Positions 1 to 12,700 of a stretch of 63,132 nt of DNA are shown piece after piece (within the stretch, counting starts at the first letter, position 1; each line of letters opens with the position of its first letter). The stretch spans positions 1 through 63,132 of the forward strand of contig KZ538545.1 in assembly GCA_000934665.2 (NCBI GenBank), in the 5' to 3' direction. The stretch is from Catajapyx aquilonaris (Eukaryota). The position numbers and the translations under genes were made by a program. The notes below the pieces were generated by a model. That model ran no database searches. It had not been told where the DNA came from and worked only from the letters and a program-made list of their open reading frames with translations.

Positions 1-701
1 GCGTGGCACAATAACCATTGCGATAAGCCTACTGCCAGAAAAAGTACTTGGGATACTACACAAATTCAGTTGAAGTTTGTCAAAATAATAATAATTCGGA
101 GGTTGATTCGTGTGCTGTACAGTTACATATAGGCCTACCCAGAAGAATAATATTGTTACATCTCTCATTCTCTTCAATTGCAGAATGGCACATGCCAATA
201 CTGGTTTTAACTGAAGCATTACCGCTGCCACTAACCAGGATAATGTCTCTCATGAAGTGTGACATGATCATACTCCGGAACGACCAAACATTTCAACCTA
301 TGCAGCGGCTAACTGATGGAAAAAATTACTAACTTCGTGTCTGCTCCGCCTCCAACCCCCCAAAAAAGAGACCATATCTCACTCTGTGATTGCACAACCA
401 CTCAATTATGCTAACGATGTGGCTGTCTTTTTTAGAGAATAATGACTACCCGCCTACCTTATATATCATCATCAGTGACAGTATAATGAGACACTGCTTT
501 TAATTGGGAAAAGTCCGTGTTTCAAGAGAGTTGGATTACGCATCTAACCGTCGCATCGACTAGACGCTTAAACGTGTTACTCTTAATTACTGTTGGTACA
601 TTTTTTTGAACTCATTGTTGCGCACTTTTTCGAGCTGCAGTGGAGACAGTGTCAACAGGTACGGTATACGAAATTTAAAAAAAAATCCGGGCTGGACTTA
701 C

Positions 702-3700
702 CGGAAGATCCGGTGATGTCCATAGCCTTGAGGTTCCTGGCTTTGATGACAGTGACAGTGAGTCGTCCGGCGGTTGGAAGGTAGCATAGGGACAGCATCA
801 GTTGACCTAGGTCAACCTTCTCCTGTAATGCATCATCAATACGTCAATGCAATTTTGCACGGCCAATTTGCCAGGTGAATTAACCTGACAAATAATGAGC
901 AAAATGCAATTAACCTTGGGCGGAGAGAGGATATCCATGGAGAACGCAATTTCTCCCTGCAGATCACTGGCATCCAGCAGCCCTTTCAGTACCACTTGTC
1001 CAATCAGGTCGTGACGTGAGAACCGATCGAAATCGTACACAGAAAATTGCAGGTACCGATCTCGCATGTCTTCATAGGAAACGCTGTGGAAAATTAGTTC
1101 GGTAATTGAAGCGACGGTTTGGAAACCTCTGGGCACAAAATTCAAAGTCACTTTCTGGTCCACATTATACCTGAAGATGAAAGTCTCGTTGAAAACCGGG
1201 TTCAAGTTTTTCCGATGAACCTTGGTCACGTAACGTTTCTTGCGGTCGGGCAGAAGGTATATCTTGACATAAGGGTCACTGCTGCCTGTGATGTCTTTCA
1301 CCGGAAGGTCAGTCGCCTGAAGAACCTTTTTCGACACAAATGTCAAATCTTATTACTTATGAATAAGCTTATGAATTATTAAAATAGTGTTCAGCTGAAT
1401 TGACCTGTGTCTTTTTCCAACAGTTACTGTGAGCTCAGATCAATTATTGCTTACTTTGCAGTTGAGTGAGGCATGCTAGGAATTCGTTCATTGGGAAGTA
1501 TTGCATTCCCTGCTATTTCAAGAGAGGCATTAATGGTCTCACCTTGACGACTAGTCCGTCGACTTCGTGGTCGTAGAACACGGTGAAGTGAAGCTTCCCG
1601 GCGTATTCCATGTCTCCTGTTCCAGAACTTTCTGTCGAAGCCTGACGCATCAGTTCGCCTTTGTACAACTCGGGCTGAAACACAGGTTCTAGTTATGAAC
1701 ACAGTTTCGGGTTTACAAGGGGAATTATTCTCTCATTAGAAACCGGGATAAAATTTCTCATCATTTCCATGCCTGAAAGACACGCCGTTTGTTGACAAAT
1801 CCTGGGTCTGAAATGTTGTTCTAATGAGGGAAGCTGTGTTTGCAAGACCAAAGTCAGCTCCCTTCACCCATTATATATAGTGCAAACCTGTTTGTTTACG
1901 TAATAGTAACAAGACCTGCCCTAAAAGTAATGGCAAGGAAAAGTCAGGGGCTTGAGCCACATTAGGTGACGCAATATAAAGGCGTAACCTCCTAATTAGC
2001 CTGGAAATCCTGCGAGAGATACAGGTAATGAGTCGAGCTGGGGACTAGGAGCCCTTAAAAGGGATTCACCTTGATAAGCCCCACGCTGTCCTTCCTCTGG
2101 TCCAGACTGCAGACGGAAAACTCGATGTGGGAAAAGTCCAACCTGTGGGACAGTTGGCGCTGAAAGGTCTGGTGACGGGTGGGGACACTCGGCAAAGTCG
2201 TCTGGCGTAGTACCTGTGGACGGATGATATACAGTGAGAAACCCTTACCAAAAACTAGAGAGAGAAAAACTGCCCGAATATCCACTCAGTACCATGTTCC
2301 GCACATAGATGGCGCATCTGCACACTACTGCCACTCTCAGGGTAGGGCGAGGGGTAGTGGTACTACATGCACCTATCTGATGACGACTCCGGACAATTTA
2401 TAAAGTTTGACCAAACCTCGTTTATTTAATCACTAATTCGTTAACATAAGTAATGATGCTTTAATTTTGAATTTGCATGCGGCTGTGATTACTGTGAGAG
2501 CATAGTTATTGTCAAGAGAGGATTTTCAAAAGGACCATTCATGCGGCACAAAAGTTATTGTTCCACTGAGCCACTTAATTAATGTGAATGTACGCATTGT
2601 CACTCGAAACAAAATATGCCCTTTGAAGTTGGTACTCTTCCTATTGTTATAGTACTGCTTTCATTGTTATATAGATTGTTGACCCAAAATTTAAAGTATT
2701 CGTCCTAAAAATGCATGTGTTTGATCAAATTATGGCCAGGAGTGCACCGCTGCCAGAAAGAATATTTTTTTCGGATGGAAAAAGTGGTTGTTGACAACGT
2801 TCAATGCCATTTACTATGTTCGTGCCACAGCGGCACATCCGGACCTAAGTCAGACGAATATTCGCATCCACGGTGGATTTGGCTCTGTTGCTTTAAGAAG
2901 CGCCCACACTAACCTGAACTGAAACAAAGCATTTACGTGCAAATTGTGTAGGTGCATAATACGTCACGTCAACCAACTCGACATGACGAATATTAGACGT
3001 ACTGTACAGACCTCAGGGCACTACCCTTAATCCTTATATAACTTGCCAGATTCTCTACCGTAATGCACGAGGGAATATTATTGCAAATCCCTATGAATTA
3101 ATTATAATATACAATATATTTAAAAAAGCTTCGTGTGCGCTGGAAAAAGTTGATTTCTGCCAGATTTTTCCTTTCACTTGACAGCCAATTTACTAAAATA
3201 GGATTGGATTCTAGAGCAACAATGGGAATTAAACGGGCTCGTAATCGATGCGCGGTCACCTTGGAAGCACACGATGCCATATAGTGATAAAAAAATCAAT
3301 GACATGTATATACACAGGGGGGTGTACTTGCAAGATTTATGTATAGGCGGAATTATGTTTCGCCGTGGGGCGATGAATCCGCGACCTAAATTTTTACGAG
3401 GTCGAATTGTTTTCAGAAGCGAATCGCGGATTCCCGGGTCTGCCGGAGAAAACACAATAAAGGAAAACAATATCCCAGCCGGATATATGCAAAGTGTTCT
3501 TTTTTGTAGCCCATCAGACTCCGAGAGTGCATGCGGGAAGGTTATAGCCTCAATTATACTTGCCTTTTTACATTCGGAGGGTCGTAGACCCACGGATCGG
3601 ATTTGGAAACCTTTTTTTCCCCCTGCTCCTCGGAGAGCATTCAATAAGACTATGGGACTCAATTAAGACCAAAGTCATATATAGACGCCCTAGAGATACC

Positions 3701-6700
3701 TGGAAAATACTGCTGAGAAGGAAATGGAGCAATCACTTTTTATTTTGATTCGTAGACAGGAGTAGTGATATGAGTGGCGGATATTAAAGTGTAGGATGCT
3801 AATAACCTTTGTTGTAAACCTGATTTTCAGATCCGGAGGCCTTATTAATTAGGTTCATTAGCCCAAATGGGTCGTACTTTAGGTGCCAATGAGAGGTGTG
3901 TTTGCTGGGAGGCGAGACCGCAAAGTCCAAATCCAGGTAAGCCCCTAATTAACTGGTAGGGTGCATTAGACCGTATTTACCGAGGGTAAAGTGCAATGTA
4001 CTGAATGTTTTTAATGAACAACATTTTTCAACAGAACTTTTGTTCGTGAACATTATTGCCCTGTCTTGGGGACCTAGTGCAACAGCCTTCGAAATTATTC
4101 ATTAATATGGTATAATTTGATATGCTTAATCCAGATTTGCGCTCAGAGTACCCAGGATTTATGCCGAGCAACTTTCCACCTCGTTTCATGCCACTATAAT
4201 TCCTGCATAAGTCCGGGTGTAAATACTGTACATCCAGTGAGAATCCGTCGTAAGCTCATTGTACACCACAAAATTCAGGTCCAAAGTTCTTCCAAAATGT
4301 ATTTCAAACCCTTCGGTAATATCAGGTGAGCGAAGTTACCGAACCTTTGCAACCTCCAAAAAAAACCTCTTGCATAAATCCCCATTACCTCCAGGCCCGT
4401 AGAGAGACAAAAAAAATACAGTTAACATGCTGAATATTGCAACTGGATCTGACGTGTTTACCTCTCAGGCCATGTCCCGAAGGGTGGAAAGACCGATTTA
4501 TAGTTCCCCAAACTAACTCAACAGCAAGCAACGGATAGGACATGATTACATCGATCCTGTCTAGTGCTAGTCGGGGCCTATATACAGAATCCTTGTCCCA
4601 AGGTCAAGAGGAAGAGAGGGAATTTAATGCGATGCAGCAGAGGTCGAGGTCATGGGTTATATGTGATGTGCACTGTAAAGCTCTCGCTTTGAATACATCT
4701 GTCGCTTCAAAGAGTTTGGTTGTTACGGACAACGAATCTTTTTTTCTGGGATTCTGGGCAGGTATATCATTTTCTGCGCAATATGTTATGCAGATTTTAT
4801 GATGTTGTGAAAGGACCACGGAAATGGATATCCTTGGTGGTCGTTGCGTGGGCTTTTCTCACGTTAAGAATTCATAAACTGGAAGGGCAACATCCTTTAT
4901 ACAGTGATGAGGGTGAGATGTTTACACGTCTGACGTTTTATAGTCACATATTGGCAATCCCAGGTCTGATTTATTGCCAAACCTTCCAAAATTAATTATT
5001 TTACTGAACATACATTACAAGCAAGCAAATGAAATCTAGTTGCCTAGTTTGCTAACAGGATTATTTTTTTTACGCTTTCCAAACGGCAATGGTGTGTCAT
5101 AATTCCTCGCATTATGACGCCATAATTGTGTCGTAAAAATAACTCCAATAATGATCCACGATAAATCACTGGACGAATTCCCCTTTCCGCTGATTAATTA
5201 TTGCTGGCTGGCACCTGTTGCACTGCGCGATTTCAAAATTATGTGAGGCCCTTGCTGCTTAGATATATTTGAAACATTTGCGGACATGCACCTTCTGGTG
5301 TCCGCATATAGGACACTTCGAACACATTTACGCAGTCCCCACCTCCCGTTATCTCCTGTCAAGTTGCAACGCTCGGCATAAATTGAGCCCCGGTTCGCTA
5401 TCATCGGTTACAGGCCATAACAATGGCATGCCAGCCATTTGCACCTTGATGGCCCTGATTGCAGAACCCCAGGGTCTATGCCCGAATTATTTCCCCCTCC
5501 CACTTTCGAGCAAACTGTTTGTGTCGCAACCTGAAACTACTCCTGCAAACTAATTTAACTTCGCACCGTGTATACACCGGGCGACCCCGTTTATTTTATC
5601 GACCCCCCCTCTTAAAACTTCTAACGACACCATTTTGGAAACAGGATGCTCCACCCCCCAAAAAATCACTCTGAAAATATTTATAGTCAATGAAGCTTAC
5701 AAAGGACAAACGTGTCTTTTGTGTGTTTCCCATCCCTGAATGTATTGTAAAGTGTCTCTGTACCTTCTCCCTCACCGTCTTTGGCTCCTTGGCGTCCTGG
5801 ACATACTCCTTTCGGGACACGTCCTGGCTCAGGTCGGGAAGGGAATGGCTGATCCGAATGTTTGTGGTGCTGGGAGAGTCTGACCTGTCCAGACGGCTCC
5901 TCTTCTTCAGACCTTCCCAAAATGTCACGCACCGAGTGCCCACCATGGCCACCAGAAGCATGGCTAGGAGCGAGAGAGTGCTGGCGCCCACGATTATGTA
6001 TGCCAATGTGGATGTGGCTCGGCTTCCTGGAAAAGTATACGTAAGAGGTCATTTACACTGGAAGAAGCTGGACCTGGGTCTGGTTGAGGCCTCAACAGAC
6101 AGAGTCCATTGAACCGAAGTCAACCTGTTGCAGCAGCAAACGAGAAGGAAATATTTCCCGGTTTCATGTATGCAAGGAAATGAAAATTGTGATCGACATC
6201 TGCAGATAATATATTAATTTTTATTCATCATCATCATCGTGGCAGAATAATCATATGGTATAGCCCACGTGCATTTCTCGGTGATGAAACTACAGTGAGA
6301 ATGCAAATTGCGTACATTTCATCCAGACGACAGGTTTTCTGTGGAAACGCAATTTTTTTTTACCTCATCTAGACTGTACGTTTCTGTTGCATATTCAAAA
6401 AATTCGTGTGTTGGTACTGCAGTAGTACAGCCTTCCGTCAAAGTTCACTCACATCCCCTATTTTGTGTGATCGTGCTCGGGAAAGGGCGTCTGTCCGTCA
6501 TTAGTAGAGAGATATCACACGCGCTACAATACGCAATCGCTTCTTAAAAATAAGGAATACGTGGAAGAAATCAAAGAGCATCTGCGTGTATAAATGCATC
6601 AAAATAAAACGTTTTAAGCCAAGCCATAGATATCTACATGAGCCAAGCCATGATTCTTGGAAGTCCTGGTTTTAACATTTTATTGAATCTGAGTTTGTAA

Positions 6701-9700
6701 GGCAGGTATTACAGACCTATTGCAGAAATGCTACAAAGTCTGTGTAAACATTTCCAGACGTTTTTTCAGCAGGTATTAAGGGAACAAAAATAGGTCACCA
6801 ACGCATTTCGCAGGGAACTTAATTTTTTTTGTGTGTGGCGAAAGGAGTATAGTTAATCCGCGCGGGAAAACACGAACTAGGTGCCTTGCACAAAGATTTG
6901 GCATTGGCAATGATACCAGACCCGACACGATTACATTATAATTGAGGACGTACAGGGGCAGAAGCGTGCCTGATTTTGTCGCGATTTATTCGCCATGTTA
7001 TTCAAATGGACTTTTCGGAAACGCCATTTTCCTCTCACTTCAACTCGCCGGAAGGTCATTTCTAGACCGAAAATTCTACTTTTTTAAGTGCAATTTTTGT
7101 GTCGATCGAACCATTTTTGAGGGCATACGGCTGCAGAAGCGTCGTAGACATGTCGAATCTTCCTATGCTGCAAACATAAACAAGTTTGTTGCTGGGGTTT
7201 GCGTTCTTTCGCACATTTGTCAGTCGCGATAATTGCGCGTTTGCTTGAGCCTCGCTTTTTTGCTTAATAAATAATTGATGACGTTTTACGAGCACACTAT
7301 AAATAATTAGGTAGCACTTGATACCCACCTGTGACAAATCAAGATACATTAATTCTCCCACATCATCAGTGTTCCAAGCTGATAAAACTGCATCTCTTTA
7401 AAAAAAAAAGATATTACTAGAACTCCGCAGGCTATTTGCGAAATGGATCTGCTTAGCCAGCGTCGTTAGGTTTACACGGGGTACTCATCCGGAAATCGTA
7501 GAACTTTGCCTGGTGTCAGCCAACGAGACCCATGAAAGTGATGAAGCAGGCCATTGAACCAACCTCTGCTATGCTTCGAAATACGAACCCTCCCAAGTCC
7601 CAACTTTTTTGACAGGCAACTCAGGAACATAGTTCGCGAAAAAAAAATGTACCCTCAGGTCGCGGTTCACCCTACACGGTTTTACAGGCCTTGCTCGTAG
7701 GACCGTAAATGCGCCATCCGAAACTGTACAGGGTGTTTCACAATGATTCATTGAATTAATTCTTGGGCAAAGTCTTCAGCTGAAATGGCTTCAATTATTG
7801 CAATGTCCTATTCTTCGCCTTGTTTTTTGAACTTTAAAATATACGATTTTGCATAATGTTCACTCCTTTGCCTACAACTGATTATGAAACACCCTGTGTA
7901 TCGGCATGGTCTCCCAGGATAACCTAATGCGATGGGTTTCGCACCGAAATAATTAACCGGGCTTTGAAAAAAAAAATCCTAGTCACGGTCTCCAATCCCG
8001 GAACCAGTTTTGCGACAACTTTTTTAATCAGCCCAGAGTTTTACCCGGAAGTGTTTTTTACCCCCCCCCCCCCCTACTCTCTACCCTGGGTTTATGTGTG
8101 AGTGAACAAAACCTCCCTAGTCCCTTTATGCATGACCGCTCATTTACTGGACGCCATATATACGAACAAGCCCGCAGGGATAGACGACCCTCACAGCTGC
8201 GGAATTTCTCAGAAATGCGTCTACTTCCACTTGGTTATGTGCTGTTCTTGTAATGTAAATTACACTCCAAATAAGCTGGTTTTTAACTGTGATAAAGGTT
8301 CAGAGGATTACTGGGGGAGTGAATTAAGAGTTGCTCATGCTCCTTTCAAAGCTGCGTGTATTAAAATAAAAATGCTAATTATGCCTGGAGGTTGCGCAAC
8401 CTGGTGGCATTGTAGGCATTGCTTGGAATTTATCGGCCTAATAAGAGGTCCCCCTTATTGGTAAGGGGAGATTAAATTCTGACTCAAATTGCCCTCTCCT
8501 TCTTTGTTGTAAAGCCCGTGATTTTCGGGGGCTTCCAGCAGCAGGTAATGGGGGGGAAGGAGGTACTGTTCTTTTGATAATGACTTCCTTCCTCTTCCGG
8601 GTCTGTGAGGTTCACTAATAAATCTAAACAAACCACCTGCAACTCTCTGTAGCACGACTAATTGTCTTCTAAAAGAGATGAATCCATACACTCTAAGAAA
8701 TGTCCGGGTTAAATGTATTTATCCCGGAAAAAATATCACTTTTGTCATGGTTATTTAACCCGGACATTTCTTAGAGTGTATACACTAACAAATGTCCGGG
8801 TTAAATAACCATGACTAACAAATGTCCGGGTTAAATAACCATGACTAAGAAATGTCAGGGTTAAATAACCATGACTAAGAAATGTCCGGGTTATTTAACC
8901 ATGACTAAGAAATGTCCGGGTTAAATAACCATGACAAAAGTGATCTTTTTTCCGGAATAAATACATTTAACCCGGACATTTCTTAGAGTGTACTAATGTA
9001 ATCGTATGATGTCACAACCACAGATTCCTAAAACTACTGTTAGTAAACAAATCTTCGACATCTAACGTGGACACTGAACTTGCTGAATATACTATGTATA
9101 TTGTAAGGATCAAAGATGTTGACCACTGCTAAAAGGATGTTTATCTGACGCGAAAGTGTCGCACCGATGCTATTTTTGAGCGATGATCCTAATTGGGCAA
9201 TTTTATGTGTAATTCGAGATCGCGGGGGTGCTAAATTTCGGTGGTAGCAAACAAATTATTTCATTTGGGCAAGGCTCGTAAAGCGAGATAATTGGGTGTG
9301 TTTCTCCGTCGCATGTCCGCAATAATAATAATCCTCAATGGGTACCAAATCAGTTCCGGTGTGACAAACATGTTTCTGCGAGAAGTACATAATATTTTGT
9401 TCCAGACGACAGAGGGATGGATGGGAGGAAAAATATGACCTTCAAAGTCTTCCAAAAAGCTGTAGATTACATCCGATCGTGGCACGTGTCGGCTGATCGG
9501 CTGACTCATGTTGACAATATTTCCCACGACCTTGTTTACTTGCAAATCCGGAACTTGTCGGGAGCTCATTAGATATTTTTCTCAGCATCAATATACAGGA
9601 TGTACTGTATTACAAGTACAACAACCCATCCTGCAACCAGCCAATATGAGTCTGATCGGGGCAGGGTAACTTCACAAAAAAAAAATGGCCAAGTTTTTCT

Positions 9701-12700
9701 GGCCAAATAAAAGGTGCTTTGTAGCATAATGCAGTTAAGTCCCCCCTTTTGTTGTGGCTTGGGAAGTTCTTGGGCGAACCAACCCAAAGACGACGTTATT
9801 TGCATTGAAACGCGAAAGAGTCTCCGGAGTCGTCTGAAAAGAACTTTCCTTTTGACATGACAGTTCCATTTTCTGGGACATAATGAACTCCTGGCTACTT
9901 TTTGCCTAGAATTTTAATGGTTTTTGAAAGGAACTGCTGCTGCGGTCTTTGCGAAAGAAAAAAAATATATAAGTCGAGACATTTTCCCAATCTTGATGCA
10001 ATTATATGGGAATCAGGCTCGCTACTTGTGTTGGCGGGTCTGGAGAACACAGGTTCTCTATCACCGATATGGCCAATATTACAATAACACTCTCGGCTTC
10101 CGAATAATTACGGTCTCTTTACGCAACAGTGAAGACGTAATACGAGAACTTTGTTCATTATCCTGCGGCATATACGTGCTTGCAGCAAACCTCGTCTCAT
10201 TATTGTGGTGACGCAACAGTGATGAAGCCCCGCAGATATTTCCAGAATATAGATTACGTAATTGCTTCAAGGATAAATCAAGGACTATGACTGTAATTTA
10301 ACCATTGTGCTTTGGGGGCAATTCTGTCAATTTGCACTTTAACCATTTTCTTTTCATAGTTTCACTATCGTTGGACGTTCGGCACCCCTGAAGTGCATCA
10401 GCCTTATTTACATGGACGTAACGTCACTACTATACGACGAGTCTGCAAATCCTTTTTTTTTGTATGTCAACACGACCCAAGCAAGCCTGCCAATTACAAG
10501 GTTCCCTGTACTTTAATCCCGAGTTCCACTTTCCTGATTTGTAACTGCTGGCTGGCTAAATACAACTTGGGGGACCCCACCCTTTTACGAGCCAGCACAA
10601 GTACAGGCCTGATTACCAGAACAATCGGATGAATTAATTACCACCTCTGTGTGCTCCGGATGGACGCTATGCATGGCATGTGTGTAACCTACTTGCTAGA
10701 TAGAAGTGAACTATAATATAATAGAGAGTCTCCGGACGGCGTGCCAGGAGTGTTGACGCGCCTGAGGTAACTGTTTTGATAGCCAGTTGCGTCATGGACC
10801 AGGTTCGCTTCCAGTTGGATGGCTTCTCGACGCAAATCCTGTAACGAGCCATGCTACTTTTCCGAGTGTACAGTATGCAGCATGGGGATACAGTCGTTGA
10901 AGTTTTCAACAGTCAGGGAATCATCACCAAGGGGACCTAGTTTTTTTTTAAATAGCGAAGCTGTCAGGTGATTTTCGTTTTGCGTCACAACTTCCCAGTT
11001 AGGATGAAACTGAAGGCTCGCAATGTACAACCACATTTTGGTCCAAATTGAGCCAGGCCATCATACACAGAATTCACAATTCATCCCGTAAACCCGGTAT
11101 AAGTAGTAATTACCATAGCTTTCACTTTCCCCGGCCAACAAGTAAAAGACAAAGTAGTCTAGCGCCCTGGTGGGCTTTGTCCACGTAGTGACTCGTCACC
11201 AACGTGCATGTGGTACTACTTTAACCCTGATGACGCTGTGGCCATTTTTAGTGAACTCCCCCGGGTGGTTTAGTCTGTGGAAATACCACCCGAGACGAAG
11301 CCAGAGGTAACCCTGAACTCTGCACGAGATGAAGGGGGTGTCCCAGGGTTGGGATCGAACCCGGGACCGTGGGCGCATACGTTACCGCAGCACTACTCCG
11401 CCTCCCTGTATATTTTTGGTATTAACACTTTAGTACTTTGGAATTAGTGTTTGCGTCAGTCGCGAAGTTGCTGCGGTGCAATGAAGCAGGTAACATCAGG
11501 TGCGGGCTAAATCCTAAAGAACTTGTTAGATCCTCAGGGCATTTCATGAAGCCTGTCTACACAGGACTTGGAATAAAACAAAACAAAAAGTTTGCTCATT
11601 ACGTAACTATTGTTTAATGCGGACGCAGTGTTTTCTATGGAGGCTGCAGTTCCGCGGTAACAACCAACCACCAAAAAAGCAGTAACATAGTTATGCAGCA
11701 CGTCTGCCATTACTGACACGGACAAGTCGATCCAGCCCACCCTCTCTTATACGTATAGACTCTTCCTTTCCTCTCTTTTTAAGCCGTCTTGATGCTAGGT
11801 GCGTGATCCTTTTACCCTTCTGGCAGAGTAAAAGAAGTAGCACCAGCAGCGTCTCATTTTCTCCCCAAGAAATCCCAAATCTCCTTGCCTTTCCAGACCA
11901 CGGTTGAACCTTGCTCTCCTCGGAGGCAACTTCCCTTGATTACTCTACTTCCGGAGACTGCAAATAATGACGCCCAAGCACACTGGGCCAGAGACTCATC
12001 CTGACTCCAAACTTAATTCAATTGTCGCTCTGGATATACACAAACCCCCTCAGCAGTCCGACTCTATATATACAGGTTGATCCGTAAAGATTCACGACTA
12101 ACCTATATAAAGTAGATTTGTCCGAATATTTACGGAACACCCTGTATAGCCAATCCCTTGTATACTTCCTGCTTTTTTTCTTCACAGGCCCAAGATCCGT
12201 AGAGTGTGCAACGCAACACGTTTTCCGATCGGGGTTTAAAGTGCCTTGTCTCTTACATGTCTAGGTTGCTGAACCGAAGACCTTCTTCCGGACAAAAGAG
12301 GTTCGCGACAGTCTTTTTTTTTCCTGGAGCGCACTTCTGCTTGAATATCTACTGGAGTCCTCCGGAATCTATTGAGGCAGAGGAAGGCTTTGAATTATGT
12401 ATCAGTCGTTGTGGGGTGTGGGTTGCAGGAGGTAGAAGAGAATTGGTTTTGTGGGTAACTACCGCAACTTGAGCTACTCCTGCTGGGCTTGTGTTACTTA
12501 ACACTGAAGGTTGGGTAACTTGAATAACCGACACAAAGCCTGCTGAACATGAATTTTTGATTGGCATGTTACTCAAGTACAGTACTTGCTAAATATTTTG
12601 TCAAATAATGTTGAGCTAAGTGCGCAGTGCTAATAAACAAAATGTGCGCAGTTGTTATTTCAGTCCGATGAGGAGGCCCTTGGTGATCAGAATACATTTT

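Noticed and set aside
6027..6124. Longer synaptotagmin TM exon from the acceptor at 6125
   Set aside because: Introduces an in-frame TGA; the acceptor at 6027 gives an open, phase-matched frame.
8781..8935. 30-bp direct repeats as a CRISPR array
   Set aside because: Units are contiguous with no unique spacers, derive from the adjacent TIR, lie in a eukaryotic intron, and no cas genes are present.
11340..11406. tRNA gene
   Set aside because: Only A/B-box-like motifs; no convincing acceptor or anticodon stems; better explained as a SINE head.
9261..12576. Nested gene or transposase remnants in the synaptotagmin intron
   Set aside because: A few short open stretches (e.g. [16 protein letters not shown] near 10830, S/T/P-rich ORF 12349-12576) but no family motif and no consistent exon chain.
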